Assembly (NCBI GenBank): GCA_965206595.1
Contig: OZ242214.1
Coordinates: forward strand, 6,112,001-6,176,000
Direction: 5' to 3'
Length of the DNA: 64,000 nt
From: Candidatus Latescibacterota bacterium
Lineage (GTDB): Bacteria; Latescibacterota; UBA2968; UBA8231
A program made the translations under genes and the position numbers. Below, piece by piece: positions 25,892 through 35,432 of the stretch; within the stretch, counting starts at the first letter, position 1, and the number at the start of each line of letters is the position of its first letter. The notes under the pieces were generated by a model. The model saw only the letters and a list, made by a program, of their open reading frames with translations, had not been told where the DNA came from and ran no database searches.

Positions 25892-27548
25892 CCTGAATCC
25901 GTGAAGTCGAGGGCCTGATTTTTGGTTGCTTTCCGAGGGGAATCCAGGGTATAGTAGAGCAGGATTTGGACTCACCTTGGAGGTGAAGAATTGAGACCAG
26001 TTTCGTTTCACATTACGCAGGGCGAAGAAGCGCTGACGTCGCATTCGGGTTTGGCCTTGATGGGACGCCCGCGCTTGGCAGCGCGGGCCGATGAGATCAT
26101 CTTGCCGGAGCGCCCTCAGCCCGAGGTTTCTCACGGCGACGTGATGGCGTCGATGGTCGGTTTGCTGGCGCTGGGCAAGCCGGATTTCGAGGCCGTGGAA
26201 GCGTTTCGTGCGGATCCCTTTTTCTGCCAGGCGCTGGGCTTGGATACGGTGCCGTCGGCGGCCACCCTGCGGCAGCGGCTCGATGGCTTGGCCGGACCGG
26301 TGGAAGCCGCGATTCGAGAAGAGTCGGCCGACATGGTGGCCCGTCACGCGCCGCCGATGGTGGCCCTGTTACGAAGTCGCCGACGGGCGCTACGGTCCCT
26401 GGATCGCGCTCGATATCGACGTGTCGGTGTTCGACAACTCCCACACCAAAAAACAAGGGGTGTCGTGGACCTACAAGAAGGTCGACGGTTTTGCCCCGAT
26501 CTTCGCCTACCTGGGCCAGGAAGGGTATCTGATCAACTGCCAGCTGCGGCAGGGCAGCCAGCACTCCCAGGAAGGAGCCCCGGACTTTCTTCGAGACACG
26601 CTGCGGCTGGCGCGCCGTATCACCGGCGAAAAGCTGCTGGTGCGCATGGACAGCGCCCATGACGACCTCGCCACCGTACGGCAGTTGCGGCGCACGCCCA
26701 AGACCGACTTCATCGTCAAGCGCAACCTGCGCCGCGAATCGAAGCAGACCTGGCTGGAAAACGCCCAGGCCTTGGGCACGTGCACCTGTCCGCGAGCCGG
26801 CAAAGAGGTCTTCACCGGCTCGCTGAGGAGCGACAGGGGGTCTTCGAACGGGTGGTTTACGAGGTCGTGCGGCGCACGATCAGCGCCGAGGGTCAGGCGC
26901 TGCTGATCCCCGAGATCGAGGTGCAGACCTGGTGGTCGAACCTGGAGGCGCCACCCGAAGACGTGATCCGGCTCTACCGCGAGCACAGCACCTGCGAGCA
27001 ATTCCACGCCGAGCTGAAGACGGACAGGGACCTCGAACGCCTGCCGTCGGGCAAGTTCGCCACCAACGCCTTGGTGCTGCTGTTGGCCATGATGGCCTAC
27101 AACGCCCTGCGCCTGTGCGGCCAGACCAGCCTGCGCGAGGAGCGCCGTCTGCCTGCCGAAAAGCACGTGACTTTTCGTAAAAAGGCCGGCCGTCGGCGGC
27201 TCCGCAGTGTCATTCCGGACCTCATGTATCAGGCCGCCCGCTGGGTCCGGCATGGGCGCCGTTTCGGGCTCAGCTTCGGGTATTTCAACCCCTGGTTCGA
27301 TGTCTGGAGACGGACCTACCTGCAGAGTGTGTGCCTGAAGGCGACGACTTCCCCCGCCTTCGACTCCCCGGAGCACTCAAGGCAGGCGTAGGCCCGCTCT
27401 TGCGACTCCTATCGACTTGGAGAGCCATCGACAGCCCAATCCGCCGTAATGGCCTGTCGCTGACACCCAAATCCCCTGTTGACAAGTACATGACGCAGCT
27501 TAAATATCAAATTTGATCACCCGCTATAGAAGCGATCACGGATTCAGG
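25892..27548 (+). mobile_element. IS1380-family element with frameshifted transposase (about 25991-27391)
   Basis: Perfect 13-bp TIR CCTGAATCCGTGA; 5-bp TSD GTATG (25887-25891, 27549-27553); TSHSGLAL, PSAATLRQRLD, LDID, RMDS and LPSGKFATN motifs across three frames. Confidence 0.93.
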
Positions 27549-27550
27549 GT

Positions 27551-28330
27551 ATGGTCAATCTGACCGACATGCAATGGCAACGAATCCGCCATCACTTTCC
27601 TGAAGAACTTCGTCCCAAGAGCCATCCGGGTCGCAAACCGGTTTGCACCCGTGATGTTTTTGAAGCCGTCCTTTGGATTCTAAACACCGGGGCTCAATGG
27701 CCTATGTTGCCGCCGTGCTATCCGAACTACAAAACCGTGCATCGCCGTTTTCAAAACGGGTGTCGTCAAGGGGTGGTGCGCGAAGTTCTCATGGACCTGG
27801 CCCAGACCCTTCACGAGCAAGGGGGCCTGGACGAATCGGAGGCTTTCATCGACGGCATGTTCTCGGCGGCCAAGGGTGGAGGTGCCGATATCGGCCACAC
27901 CAAGCGAGGTAAGGGGGTGCGGGTCATGGGGATCGTGGACGGCAATGGGCTTCCCTTGTCGGTGAGCACGCATGCAGCGAACCATCATGAAGTGACGCTG
28001 GTTCAGTTGACCTTTGACTTTTACCTGATCGAAGACCAACCTGACAACTTGATCGGTGACAAGGCGTACGACAGCGATTCGTTGGATGAAGAACGTAAGA
28101 AAGACGGGATCGAGATGATCGCCTCGCATCGCCAGAATCGGACCAAGAAAAAGACTCAGGACGGACGGCGATTGCGGCGTTATGTGCGGCGTTGGATGGT
28201 TGAGAGATTCTTTGCTTGGCTTCAATGGCAGCGTCGAGTGATCACTCGCTGGGAAATTGTATCCGGAGAATTTTCTTGGCTTCGTCCAACTTGCATCCAT
28301 TTTGATTTTACTTAAACAATCTCAATTTTG
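27551..28330 (+). pseudogene. IS5-family transposase with +1 frameshift near 28255
   Basis: Matches 3770-4549 but reads GGGAAATTG instead of GGGAATTG. Confidence 0.85.
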
Positions 28331-28342
28331 AGATAGGTTCAG

Positions 28343-30202
28343 CCCTTGTTATTCATGGAATTTTAGTGGAGAGGGCTGTACTGGGTGCCTCCCATGCTTA
28401 GATTTCAGAGGGAAACACAAGGCAGTATCGCCCTTTGAACCCATCACACAGTAGGACACCCAATGGGTGAATTACCGTCACACACCGAGTCCGAGCAAGC
28501 CGGGCCGATTCAGCCGTCTTTCAACCGCTCCATCCACATCGAAGCCCGCCCCACCCACCTTGGCAGCGACACCGGTGCGCTGATGTTGCGTCAACTGCTC
28601 GAACACAGCCGGGTTCTGGATTGGGTCGACGCCCACTTCGAGGATCTCCGTACCCAAGACCAGATCACGCACCCGCTGCCGGAGCTGCTGCGCACACAGA
28701 TCGTGCTGCTGGCACAGGGCTGGACCCACGCCGCCGACGCCGACGCGTTGCGCCAAGATCCGATCCTGCGTCTGGCGGTCAGCGATCGCAAAGGGCAGGC
28801 GCCGTTGCGCAGCGGCGACGAAGACCGGCCGCAGGGACTGGCCAGTCAGCCGACGCTGTCGCGCCTGCTCGAGCAAGCCTCGACTGCCTATAACCGCGAG
28901 GTGTTGGAGGAAGCCGTCCTGCGCAGCGCCCGGTCTCGTTGCCGGCTGCTGGAAGGACGGATGAAATACGAGGAGTTGGCCGTCGACATGGATGCCCTGC
29001 CGATGCCGGCGCACGGGCACCAGGCGGGGGTCGAATACAACGGCTACTTCCACGCCTCGGGGTACCATCCCCTGCTCCTCGGCTCGGCGCAGACGGGCGA
29101 TTTCTTCGGTGCCGTGCTGCGGCCGGGCAACGTGCACGCCCATGAGGGCGCCTCAGAGGCTCTCGGCAAGCGCTTGGACTGGATTCAGTCGCATCTGGCC
29201 CGGCGCCTCATCCTGCGCTTCGACGCGGCCTCGGTGAGCGGGTCTTTCCTGAGTGAGCTGGAAGCGCGGGCCGACACCTCGTACGTGGCGCGCATCAAGA
29301 AGAATGCGCGCCTGGAGGAGCTGGCTCGTGCCTGGGTGGAAGGCTATCAGCAGGAGCTGGCGCAGCACCCGGAAGAGCTGCGGGAAGAGGGTTTTCGCTG
29401 TCGCGAGCTGCGCTATCAAGCCAGGTCCTGGGCGCAGCCCCGGCGGGTGGTGTTGGTCCTGGTCCCTTCCGAGACGGAAGAGCTGCCCATCGCCCGCCAC
29501 TTCTTCCTGATCACCGACCAGAGTCCCCAGACGATGAGCGGCCGCGACCTGGTCGCCTTTTATCGTCAGCGCGGCCTTTTCGAGCGCATGCTCGGCGAGT
29601 TGAGCTCCACCCTCCAGCCTCAGCTCTCCTCTACCACCCGTCGCAAGCAACACTACCGGGGTCGAGAGCCGCGTCAGCGCACCCCGTCCCGGGATGCCTT
29701 CGCTGCCAACCAGGCGCTTCTGACCTTGAACCTGCTGGCCTACAACCTGCTTCACCTGGGCCGCCAGGCCGCCGAACGCGCCGAGGCCCGACGCGGGCGG
29801 CCCCGCACATACGGACGCTCGACGACGGCCCTGAGCCTGGACAGTTTTCGACGGCGCTACCTGCGCCTGCCGTCCCGCGTCACCTTGCATGGGCGCAGGG
29901 TGGGCGTCATCCTGACCCAAGGGACGGCGGCTGCCTGGGATCGTCTGTGGAGATTTCTGGCCACGCTCAAACCGGTGGACGCGGCGATGGCGTAAGCGCA
30001 GGCCGGGTCGGTCGGGATGATGGGCTCGCAAAGGCAAGCGTCTTCGAGAAGGCGCGTACAATTTCAACAAGGTCGGTAGAGATAAGGAGACGGCTCTACC
30101 CAAAAAGCCGACTATAGAAGGGACGCAAGCCTCTGAGGCTAAGCAAAGGGGTCTCGGAAGCGCCTATGTCCGCTTATGCGCGGGTTGAATGAATAACAAA
30201 GG
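28343..30202 (+). mobile_element. Second, distinct IS1380-family element
   Basis: TIR CCCTTGTTATTCAT / ATGAATAACAAAGG; 5-bp TSD TTCAG (28338-28342, 30203-30207). Confidence 0.92.
28463..29995 (+). CDS. IS1380-family transposase
   Basis: GSDTGAL, DADALRQDP, LASQPTLSR, VDMD, HGHQ..YNGYF, FYRQRG..E motifs; uninterrupted 510 aa. Confidence 0.9.
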   Translation: MGELPSHTESEQAGPIQPSFNRSIHIEARPTHLGSDTGALMLRQLLEHSRVLDWVDAHFEDLRTQDQITHPLPELLRTQIVLLAQGWTHAADADALRQDPILRLAVSDRKGQAPLRSGDEDRPQGLASQPTLSRLLEQASTAYNREVLEEAVLRSARSRCRLLEGRMKYEELAVDMDALPMPAHGHQAGVEYNGYFHASGYHPLLLGSAQTGDFFGAVLRPGNVHAHEGASEALGKRLDWIQSHLARRLILRFDAASVSGSFLSELEARADTSYVARIKKNARLEELARAWVEGYQQELAQHPEELREEGFRCRELRYQARSWAQPRRVVLVLVPSETEELPIARHFFLITDQSPQTMSGRDLVAFYRQRGLFERMLGELSSTLQPQLSSTTRRKQHYRGREPRQRTPSRDAFAANQALLTLNLLAYNLLHLGRQAAERAEARRGRPRTYGRSTTALSLDSFRRRYLRLPSRVTLHGRRVGVILTQGTAAAWDRLWRFLATLKPVDAAMA

Positions 30203-30211
30203 TTCAGAGCA

Positions 30212-32059
30212 GTGAGAACCCGCGTGAATCCGGCGGTGTTCCCTCTCCTCACGGCGCTGATCGCGTCCCCAGCGGTCTTCGGAGACGAGTGGGAGGAGGT
30301 GCAACGGATCCTTGCAGGCACCCGGGATATCGTCGTCCTCGACGGTGTGGAAACGGCTCCGGTGCGCTACACGGCCACCGGGGAACCGGAGTACGGGGAC
30401 TGGCTGGTGCGCCATTTCCTGTCGGATCCGGAAAGCTTCAACCCGTACACATCGAGCGATGCCGGCGCCTCCAGCGTGAGGGACTACATCTTCGAATCGC
30501 TGCTGTTGCCAGGGCGGGAACCGCCTTACGCACTCGAAGGACTGATCGCGGAAAGGTACCCCGAAGTCGGCGGCGATCACCTGAAGTACACCTTCGATAT
30601 CCGCGAGGGGGTCCATTTTTCCGACGGAAAACCGCTGACTGTCGCCGACGTCCTCTTCAGCATGAAGGTGATCCAGCATCCAGAGGTGCTGGCGCCCCAT
30701 CTGCGAAACTACTACGCCTCGGTCAGCGACGTTCGTGTCGAGGGAGAATCTCGCATTTCCTTCTTCTGCAAGGAACCGTATTTCCGCAACGACCTGATGT
30801 TGGGAAGTTTCAGCATCATCCCCAAGCACTTCTACGATTCTGATGGCCTTCTCGATCAGGTCTCCATCAGCAGCCTGATAGACGGAACCTGGGAACAGGG
30901 TGAGTACGCCGGGGAGGCGCGGGCGTTTGCCCGGGGCTTCAACCGGGACTTCAACCGCGCGGTGCTCGGGTCCGGGCCCTACCTCGTAGAGGACTTCGAG
31001 CGCGACGTCGTCACCCAGCAGAAGGTCGTTCTAACACGCAACCGAAACTACTGGGCCCGGGACATGGGAATCGTTCCGGCATCCGGGTTTGTCGAAAGAA
31101 TCGTCTTCAAGGTCATCAACAACACCGATGCAGCTTTCATCGAGCTGGCCAACGGCAACCTCGACATGTACGGTCTGCGGCCCCTGGAGTTCAAGGAGAA
31201 GAGCTGGACTCCGGAGTTCCGGCAGCGGTTCATGAAGGTCATCCAGTACGGAGGTGGCTTCACCTACATCGGGTGGAACAACGCTCACCCCCTGTTTCGC
31301 GACAGCCGGGTGCGCCAGGCAATGAGCTTGCTAACCGACCGCCAAGGCATGATCGACAACCTGCTGTTCGGCCTTGGGGAGCCGGTGGCAGGACCCATCC
31401 ACAAGTTTCGTCCCGAGTACAATCACGACCTCGAGTTCTACCCGTATGATCCCGAGCGCGCACTCGATTTGCTGGAGGGGGCCGGCTGGGAGGATGCGGA
31501 TGACGACGGCATCCTCGACAAGGTGATCGACGGCGAGAGGGTGCCGTTCGAATTCGAATTCCTCGTCAACTCGGGTAACCAGATTCGCAAGGACATCGCC
31601 CTGATCATGCAAAGCGAGCTGCAGGATATCGGCATCGACTGCCAGGTTCGCGAGCTCGACTGGTCGATTTTCCTGCAACGTGTCCGCAGCCGCGATTTCG
31701 CCGCGATGACGCTGGGGTGGACGGGGTACGTGCGCTTTCCACCTGACGGGTACCAGGTCTGGCACTCCTCCCAGGTCGATAGCGGCTCAAACTATATCGG
31801 ATTCATCAACGCCGAAGTGGATGACATACTCGAGTCCTACCGGCGCGAGTTCGACCCCGCAAGGCGCATAGTGCTGTATCACCGCTTCCAGGAGATCCTG
31901 CATGAAGAACAGCCGTATACGTTCCTGTGGAAGGGAAGGAACGCACTGGCGTACAGCCGCCGTTACCAAGGCGTCAACTGGTACCCGGGAGGGGACCGCT
32001 CGAGTATCGCCGAGAACTCGCTGGAGTGGTGGGTGCGCGCCGAGGACCGCCAGTACTGA
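30212..32059 (+). CDS. Peptide ABC transporter substrate-binding protein (family 5)
   Basis: Signal peptide; YTFDIREGVHFSDGKPLTVADV, GSGPY, YIGWN, VRQAM, HEEQPYTFL. Confidence 0.92.
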   Translation: MRTRVNPAVFPLLTALIASPAVFGDEWEEVQRILAGTRDIVVLDGVETAPVRYTATGEPEYGDWLVRHFLSDPESFNPYTSSDAGASSVRDYIFESLLLPGREPPYALEGLIAERYPEVGGDHLKYTFDIREGVHFSDGKPLTVADVLFSMKVIQHPEVLAPHLRNYYASVSDVRVEGESRISFFCKEPYFRNDLMLGSFSIIPKHFYDSDGLLDQVSISSLIDGTWEQGEYAGEARAFARGFNRDFNRAVLGSGPYLVEDFERDVVTQQKVVLTRNRNYWARDMGIVPASGFVERIVFKVINNTDAAFIELANGNLDMYGLRPLEFKEKSWTPEFRQRFMKVIQYGGGFTYIGWNNAHPLFRDSRVRQAMSLLTDRQGMIDNLLFGLGEPVAGPIHKFRPEYNHDLEFYPYDPERALDLLEGAGWEDADDDGILDKVIDGERVPFEFEFLVNSGNQIRKDIALIMQSELQDIGIDCQVRELDWSIFLQRVRSRDFAAMTLGWTGYVRFPPDGYQVWHSSQVDSGSNYIGFINAEVDDILESYRREFDPARRIVLYHRFQEILHEEQPYTFLWKGRNALAYSRRYQGVNWYPGGDRSSIAENSLEWWVRAEDRQY

Positions 32060-32060
32060 G

Positions 32061-33101
32061 ATGACGGATACCCGGGGAACCGCAAGGAATCGGCGAAGGG
32101 CGGCGTTGGCCCTGCTGTGTCTCGCCGCGGCGATCGCGCTCGGCTGCCAGGGATCGGCCCTCACGGGGGCGAAACTGTACCTGAAGCAGGGGGATCCGGA
32201 GAAGGCGAAAGAGCAACTGATGCTGGCCCTCGAAACGGAGCCGGGCAATCCGGAGGTTCATTTTCTGCTGGGACGACTCTACGGTGACCAGGGGGAATAC
32301 GCGTCGATGTCCGAGTCGTTCGACCGGTCGCTCGAACAATCGGATGATTTCCGCCCTCAAATAGAGCAGCTCCGTCGCCAGTATTGGACGCGCCTGTATA
32401 ACGAAGGGGTCGAGCGCGCCACCGCCGAGTCCCCGGATTTCACCGCGGCGGCGGCATCGTTCAAGCTTGCGACGGCAGTCGATCCGGAACCCCTCGACGC
32501 CTGGCGCAATCTCGCCTACTCGCACTACCGCCTGCGCGATCTGGATGGCGCCATACAGGCTTACGACTTCGTGGCCACTAGGGCCCCGGAGGACAGTTCG
32601 ACCTTTCAAAGCCTCGGGATGCTCTATCTCGAGAAAGGGGATCTCACCTCTGCGGAACGCACCTTCGAGCAGCTGCTCGAGTCCAATCCCCGGCACTTGG
32701 GAGCCCTGAGCAGCCTGGCTTCCGTCTACATGGACAGCGAGCGCTACAGCGACGCCGAGGCCGCTTTCGGAAGGGCCCTCGAGGCGGCTCCCGATGTCTG
32801 GCAGACACACTTCAACCTCGGCAATCTCTACTGGAAACAGGATCGCTTCGACAGTGCCCGGGACGCCTATCTCCGGGCACTGGAGCTGAATCCGGACGAC
32901 ACCGACATCCGCTTCAACCTCGCCCTCACCTACCTCGCTCTCGAGAGTACGGACGAGGCCCTGCCCCATCTCGAGGGGCTGTCGCGGAGGACCCCCGATA
33001 ACGCCACCGTCTGGCGCGAGCTCGGTCGCGTCTATGCCCTCCAGGAGCGCATCGAAGAAAGCGAAGCCGCCTACGACACCGCCGCAGCCCTCGAAGAGTG
33101 A
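32061..33101 (+). CDS. Tetratricopeptide-repeat lipoprotein
   Basis: Lipobox ALGC after a hydrophobic stretch; repeated TPR units (HFLLGRLY, AWRNLAY, HFNLGNLY, RFNLALTY). Confidence 0.88.
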   Translation: MTDTRGTARNRRRAALALLCLAAAIALGCQGSALTGAKLYLKQGDPEKAKEQLMLALETEPGNPEVHFLLGRLYGDQGEYASMSESFDRSLEQSDDFRPQIEQLRRQYWTRLYNEGVERATAESPDFTAAAASFKLATAVDPEPLDAWRNLAYSHYRLRDLDGAIQAYDFVATRAPEDSSTFQSLGMLYLEKGDLTSAERTFEQLLESNPRHLGALSSLASVYMDSERYSDAEAAFGRALEAAPDVWQTHFNLGNLYWKQDRFDSARDAYLRALELNPDDTDIRFNLALTYLALESTDEALPHLEGLSRRTPDNATVWRELGRVYALQERIEESEAAYDTAAALEE

Positions 33102-33164
33102 TCTGGAGAAGCGGTCCATTCTCCGACCCCGTGGCACTGCCAGCGGCGCGGCGATGATCGGGAG

Positions 33165-34268
33165 ATGATCCAGTACACGATCCAGCGTCTTCTGCTGGCG
33201 ATTCCGACACTAGTTGGGATCACCGTCATTTCGTTCCTGATCATGCACCTCGCTCCGGGGGATCCGGTGGATCTTTTCCTTGGGGGGGCAGCCGGCGGAG
33301 AGGGGTTGTCCACCGACCAGCGGGACCAGTTGGAGCGAACCCGCGCCGACCTGCGTCGGCAACTGGGACTCGACCGTCCGCTGTACGAACAGTACGCGCG
33401 CTGGATGTCGCGTCTTGTGCTCGCCGTCGAGTCCGTCGAAACGGGGGAGTACGACGGCGCCGGGATCGTGCTCTACGAGGGTTCGGGGTTGCTGCTTGCA
33501 ACCCTGGATTTCGGCCGTTCCTTCAAGGATCAGCAGCCGGTCATAGAGCACATAGCCAGCCGCCTGCCGATCACCGTCGAGATCGGCGTCATCAGTCTCG
33601 TCGTCGCCTACCTCATCGGGGTCCCGCTCGGAGTGCTTCTGGCTTCCAGACAGGACAGCACGCTCGATCGCGTCCTCACTGCAGGCACCTTCATGCTGTG
33701 GTCGATGCCGTCGTTCTGGGTCGGGATGCTGTTTATCATGTTCCTCTGCAACGAGGAGTTCCTGCACTGGTTTCCGGCATCCGGTATCGTCTCGCTCGAG
33801 GCTTCCGGAGACTGGGGGTTCTGGCGGATCCTGAAAGATCACGCCCACCACATGGTGCTTCCGGTGCTGGCCTCGTCGTACGCCAGCTTTGCCGGTATCT
33901 CGCGCTACATGCGAACAAGCATGCTCGAGAACATCCGCCTTGACTATGTGCGCACGGCCCGGGCAAAGGGATTGGCGGAGCGCTTGGTGCTCCTGCGCCA
34001 CGTCCTCCGCAACTCCCTCATTCCGATCGTGACCTTGATGGCCGGGCTGCTTCCCGGGTTGATCGCCGGATCGGTGTTCATCGAGACGATCTTCACGATT
34101 CCCGGGCTGGGTTTCCTCGGGTTTCAGTCCGTCATCGTACGCGACTACCCGATGGTCATGGCGATTCTCACCATCGGGTCGGCGCTGTCGCTGTTCGGCA
34201 TTCTCGCCGCCGACGTGCTTCTGAGGGCGATCGACCCGCGCATCGATTTCTCGCGAGTACCAGAGTAG
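33165..34268 (+). CDS. oppB: Peptide ABC transporter permease (OppB/DppB type)
   Basis: LAPGDP, LGLDRPL, DFGRSF, DYVRTARAKGL EAA motif, ETIFTIPGLG. Confidence 0.92.
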   Translation: MIQYTIQRLLLAIPTLVGITVISFLIMHLAPGDPVDLFLGGAAGGEGLSTDQRDQLERTRADLRRQLGLDRPLYEQYARWMSRLVLAVESVETGEYDGAGIVLYEGSGLLLATLDFGRSFKDQQPVIEHIASRLPITVEIGVISLVVAYLIGVPLGVLLASRQDSTLDRVLTAGTFMLWSMPSFWVGMLFIMFLCNEEFLHWFPASGIVSLEASGDWGFWRILKDHAHHMVLPVLASSYASFAGISRYMRTSMLENIRLDYVRTARAKGLAERLVLLRHVLRNSLIPIVTLMAGLLPGLIAGSVFIETIFTIPGLGFLGFQSVIVRDYPMVMAILTIGSALSLFGILAADVLLRAIDPRIDFSRVPE

Positions 34269-34275
34269 GTCCAGG

Positions 34276-35340
34276 GTGGGAACTCCGCGACAGACAGAAG
34301 AAGGCGCCCGAGCCGACCACCCCTTCCCTACCGCGGCCAGCCAGTCCTACAGCCGTTTCGTCATCCGGCAGTTCGCCAGGAACCGGGTGGCGGTATGGGC
34401 ATCCTTCGGCATCGCCGCCCTGGCGCTGGTAGCGGTCGCCGCCGACCTGATTGCCGGGAACAAGCCTTATTACATGGAATACCGCGGCAAGACGTACTTC
34501 CCCGCCTTTCGCCAGTACGCTGTTCAGGCCGGACTGATGGAATGGCCGCCGGAGCTGCGGCGCAGGCGCAACTTGAAGAGGTTGCAGGTCGAAGCCGCCC
34601 TGTATCCGCCGATTCCGTACGGCCCGGGGGAGATCCGGCTCGGGGAGAAATACCAGGAGCCGGGAGCCGAGCACTGGCTCGGAACCGATCGCCTGGGGCG
34701 AGACGTGCTGTCCGGGTTGATTCACGGGTGCCGCTATGCCCTGGTCATCGGCCTGGTGTCCGTAGGCATCTCGTTGATCGTCGGGGTTGTGCTCGGCGCC
34801 TTGGCCGGGTACTTCGGGGGATGGCTCGATCTGCTGTTGTCCCGGTTATTCGAGCTCTGGGCAGCCATTCCGGCGATATTCCTGATCATTGCAGTTGCCG
34901 CCTTCTTCCCGCCCAGTCTGATCTTCATCATGGTCATCATCGGCCTGATGAACTGGGTGCCGATCGCCCGCCTGACCCGCTCGCAGTTCCTGCAGGTGCG
35001 CAGCTTCGACTACGTCGCCGCGGCGAGATCGCTGGGTTGCTCGAGCCGCCGCATCATGGCACGGCATATACTGCCCAATGCGATCGCACCGGTCCTGATA
35101 CCGGCAGCCTTCGGTATTGCGGGTGCCATCCTCGCCGAATCGGGGCTCAGCTTTCTCGGCATCGGCGTCCCTGCAGAGGCGATCACCTGGGGGTCCATTC
35201 TCGCCGGAGCCCGCAGCAATGCCTCCGCCTGGTGGCTGGTGGTTGTGCCGGGAATGGCGATTTTCGCGACGGTGACGATGTACAACCTGCTAGGCGACGG
35301 CCTGCGGGACGCGCTCGATCCGAAGATGCGCGGGAACTGA
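34276..35340 (+). CDS. oppC: Peptide ABC transporter permease (OppC/DppC type)
   Basis: HWLGTDRLGRDV, YVAAARSLG, HILPN, ESGLSFLG, GDGLRDALDP. Confidence 0.93.
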   Translation: MGTPRQTEEGARADHPFPTAASQSYSRFVIRQFARNRVAVWASFGIAALALVAVAADLIAGNKPYYMEYRGKTYFPAFRQYAVQAGLMEWPPELRRRRNLKRLQVEAALYPPIPYGPGEIRLGEKYQEPGAEHWLGTDRLGRDVLSGLIHGCRYALVIGLVSVGISLIVGVVLGALAGYFGGWLDLLLSRLFELWAAIPAIFLIIAVAAFFPPSLIFIMVIIGLMNWVPIARLTRSQFLQVRSFDYVAAARSLGCSSRRIMARHILPNAIAPVLIPAAFGIAGAILAESGLSFLGIGVPAEAITWGSILAGARSNASAWWLVVVPGMAIFATVTMYNLLGDGLRDALDPKMRGN

Positions 35341-35432
35341 CTCTGGAAAGAGGGACTGGCGGCGGCCGGTCCGGCCTGATATCCAGGATCTGCCCTGTAT
35401 GCAGGTGGAAGATTCCCGGGGTGGAAGCTCGC

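Larger units (their letters stand above)
25824..28340 (+). mobile_element. IS5-family element, copy 2, interrupted by IS1380
   Basis: Same TIRs as 3705-4558; AGAGCA directly repeated on both flanks once the right-hand IS1380 is removed. Confidence 0.92.
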
